Positions 63,290 to 64,000 of a DNA stretch of 64,000 nucleotides are shown in pieces. The stretch is from the IMG/VR virus record IMGVR_UViG_3300021961_000078, positions 4,118 through 68,117 of that record; one strand, given 5' to 3'. A model generated the notes under the pieces. It was not told the origin of the DNA. It searched no databases and saw nothing but the letters and a program-made list of their open reading frames with translations. The translations under genes were made by a program, and so were the position numbers. Origin of the DNA: a virus. Each line of letters begins with the position of its first letter. Within the stretch, counting starts at the first letter, position 1.

Positions 63290-63340
63290 TGCCTCCCCTT
63301 GCGATGACTGTAGAATTATATAGCAAGGAAGGGTCTGGAG

Positions 63341-63673
63341 TCAACCCCCAAAGTGCTTGATGAACCATTCTGCATCCACTACGACAAGTGGTTTCTTTCT
63401 ATTCTTTTTCATGAAGAGTATCGGTGTATGATCTCCAGCATTGGCACATGCTTGCTCGTATGCTTCGTATACATTCAATCTCTCCACGTTTTTACATTCG
63501 ATACTGAAGGGAAACTTCTTCCTGGCATCTCTTGCCATGATTAGATCTTCCCCACCAGCACCCATGCTTCGTGACTCTATATCTTCTGGGTGAATATCTC
63601 GATGCTCAATGAGCATATCTCTCACCCATTGTTGAAATCTTCTACCTTTACCTTTAGCACTCTGAGGTTTCAT
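63341..63673 (-). CDS. PD-(D/E)xK nuclease, Holliday-junction-resolvase-like
   Basis: SAKGKGRRFQ, SMGAGGEDL, FSIECKN. Confidence 0.75.
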   Translation of the reverse strand: MKPQSAKGKGRRFQQWVRDMLIEHRDIHPEDIESRSMGAGGEDLIMARDARKKFPFSIECKNVERLNVYEAYEQACANAGDHTPILFMKKNRKKPLVVVDAEWFIKHFGG

Positions 63674-63834
63674 TAGTCTGCATATCCATCATCGTCGTCA
63701 TCGAAACGATATCCAAATCGTTTGTCCTCCGACCTCTGAAGATATTTAGTAGGATCTTCTTTGATGGCATCCTCAAGACTCTCTGCTAATAGTTTGAGGT
63801 TGTGTGCGATCAGTTTTACTTTTTCGTAATTCAT
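63673..63834 (-). CDS. Small hypothetical protein (53 aa)
   Basis: MNYEKVKLIAHNLKLLAESL...DDDDDGYAD; coupled. Confidence 0.65.
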   Translation of the reverse strand: MNYEKVKLIAHNLKLLAESLEDAIKEDPTKYLQRSEDKRFGYRFDDDDDGYAD

Positions 63835-63971
63835 AATTTTGCCGTCACTCCAACTACAGTTGCACCAGGATTTCTTGCAAGGGCAACCTTCCTTGCATCT
63901 TGATAGTCTGTGGCAATCACTTCTTCTTTGAAGACAGTGCCTGCCTTAAAAAGGGTTACTTCGCATTTCAT
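63831..63971 (-). CDS. Small hypothetical protein (46 aa)
   Basis: MKCEVTLFKAGTVFKEEVIATDYQDARKVALARNPGATVVGV. Confidence 0.7.
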   Translation of the reverse strand: MKCEVTLFKAGTVFKEEVIATDYQDARKVALARNPGATVVGVTAKL

Positions 63972-63994
63972 AAAAAAAGGACCCGTAGGTCCTT
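63972..63994 (-). terminator. Rho-independent terminator
   Basis: AAGGACC-TACG-GGTCCTT-TTTTT on - strand. Confidence 0.75.
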
Positions 63995-64000
63995 CTATTT

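Overview
64 kb of a T4-like marine cyanomyovirus (Synechococcus/Prochlorococcus-type phage); nearly all genes are on the - strand. Left to right: (1) a three-gene cassette with its own sigma70-like promoter: putative PD-(D/E)xK nuclease, beta-class SPPY DNA methyltransferase, and a truncated ParB-like ORF; (2) a dense run of six Fe(II)/2OG and JmjC oxygenases, a dUTPase-fold-like ORF and a flavin-dependent halogenase, directly downstream of three tandem Gly/His/Cys-rich fibre-like paralogs and large virion proteins; (3) small hypothetical ORFs and a tRNA cluster (Asn, Ala, Thr) that also holds a tRNA-like element with a broken anticodon arm and two other structured hairpins; (4) a baseplate/tail module (gp5, hub, two paralogous tape-measure-like proteins, one with lysozyme and C39-like peptidase domains, gp51, gp26, gp2, gp4, gp48, gp53) with cpeT and cp12 inserted; (5) gp32, gp33, exonuclease, phoH, thyX, rnh, nrdC, an OMP-like gene and tRNA-Ser; (6) psbD, intronless psbA with a PhotoRC-II-like leader, a second halogenase/oxygenase mini-operon, hli genes, peroxiredoxin, tRNA-Val and tRNA-Arg. 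Best candidates for an undescribed system are the halogenase plus multi-oxygenase cluster beside the triplicated fibre genes, the R-M-like cassette, and the non-canonical RNAs in the tRNA cluster. All calls come from motif recognition by eye; no searches were run.
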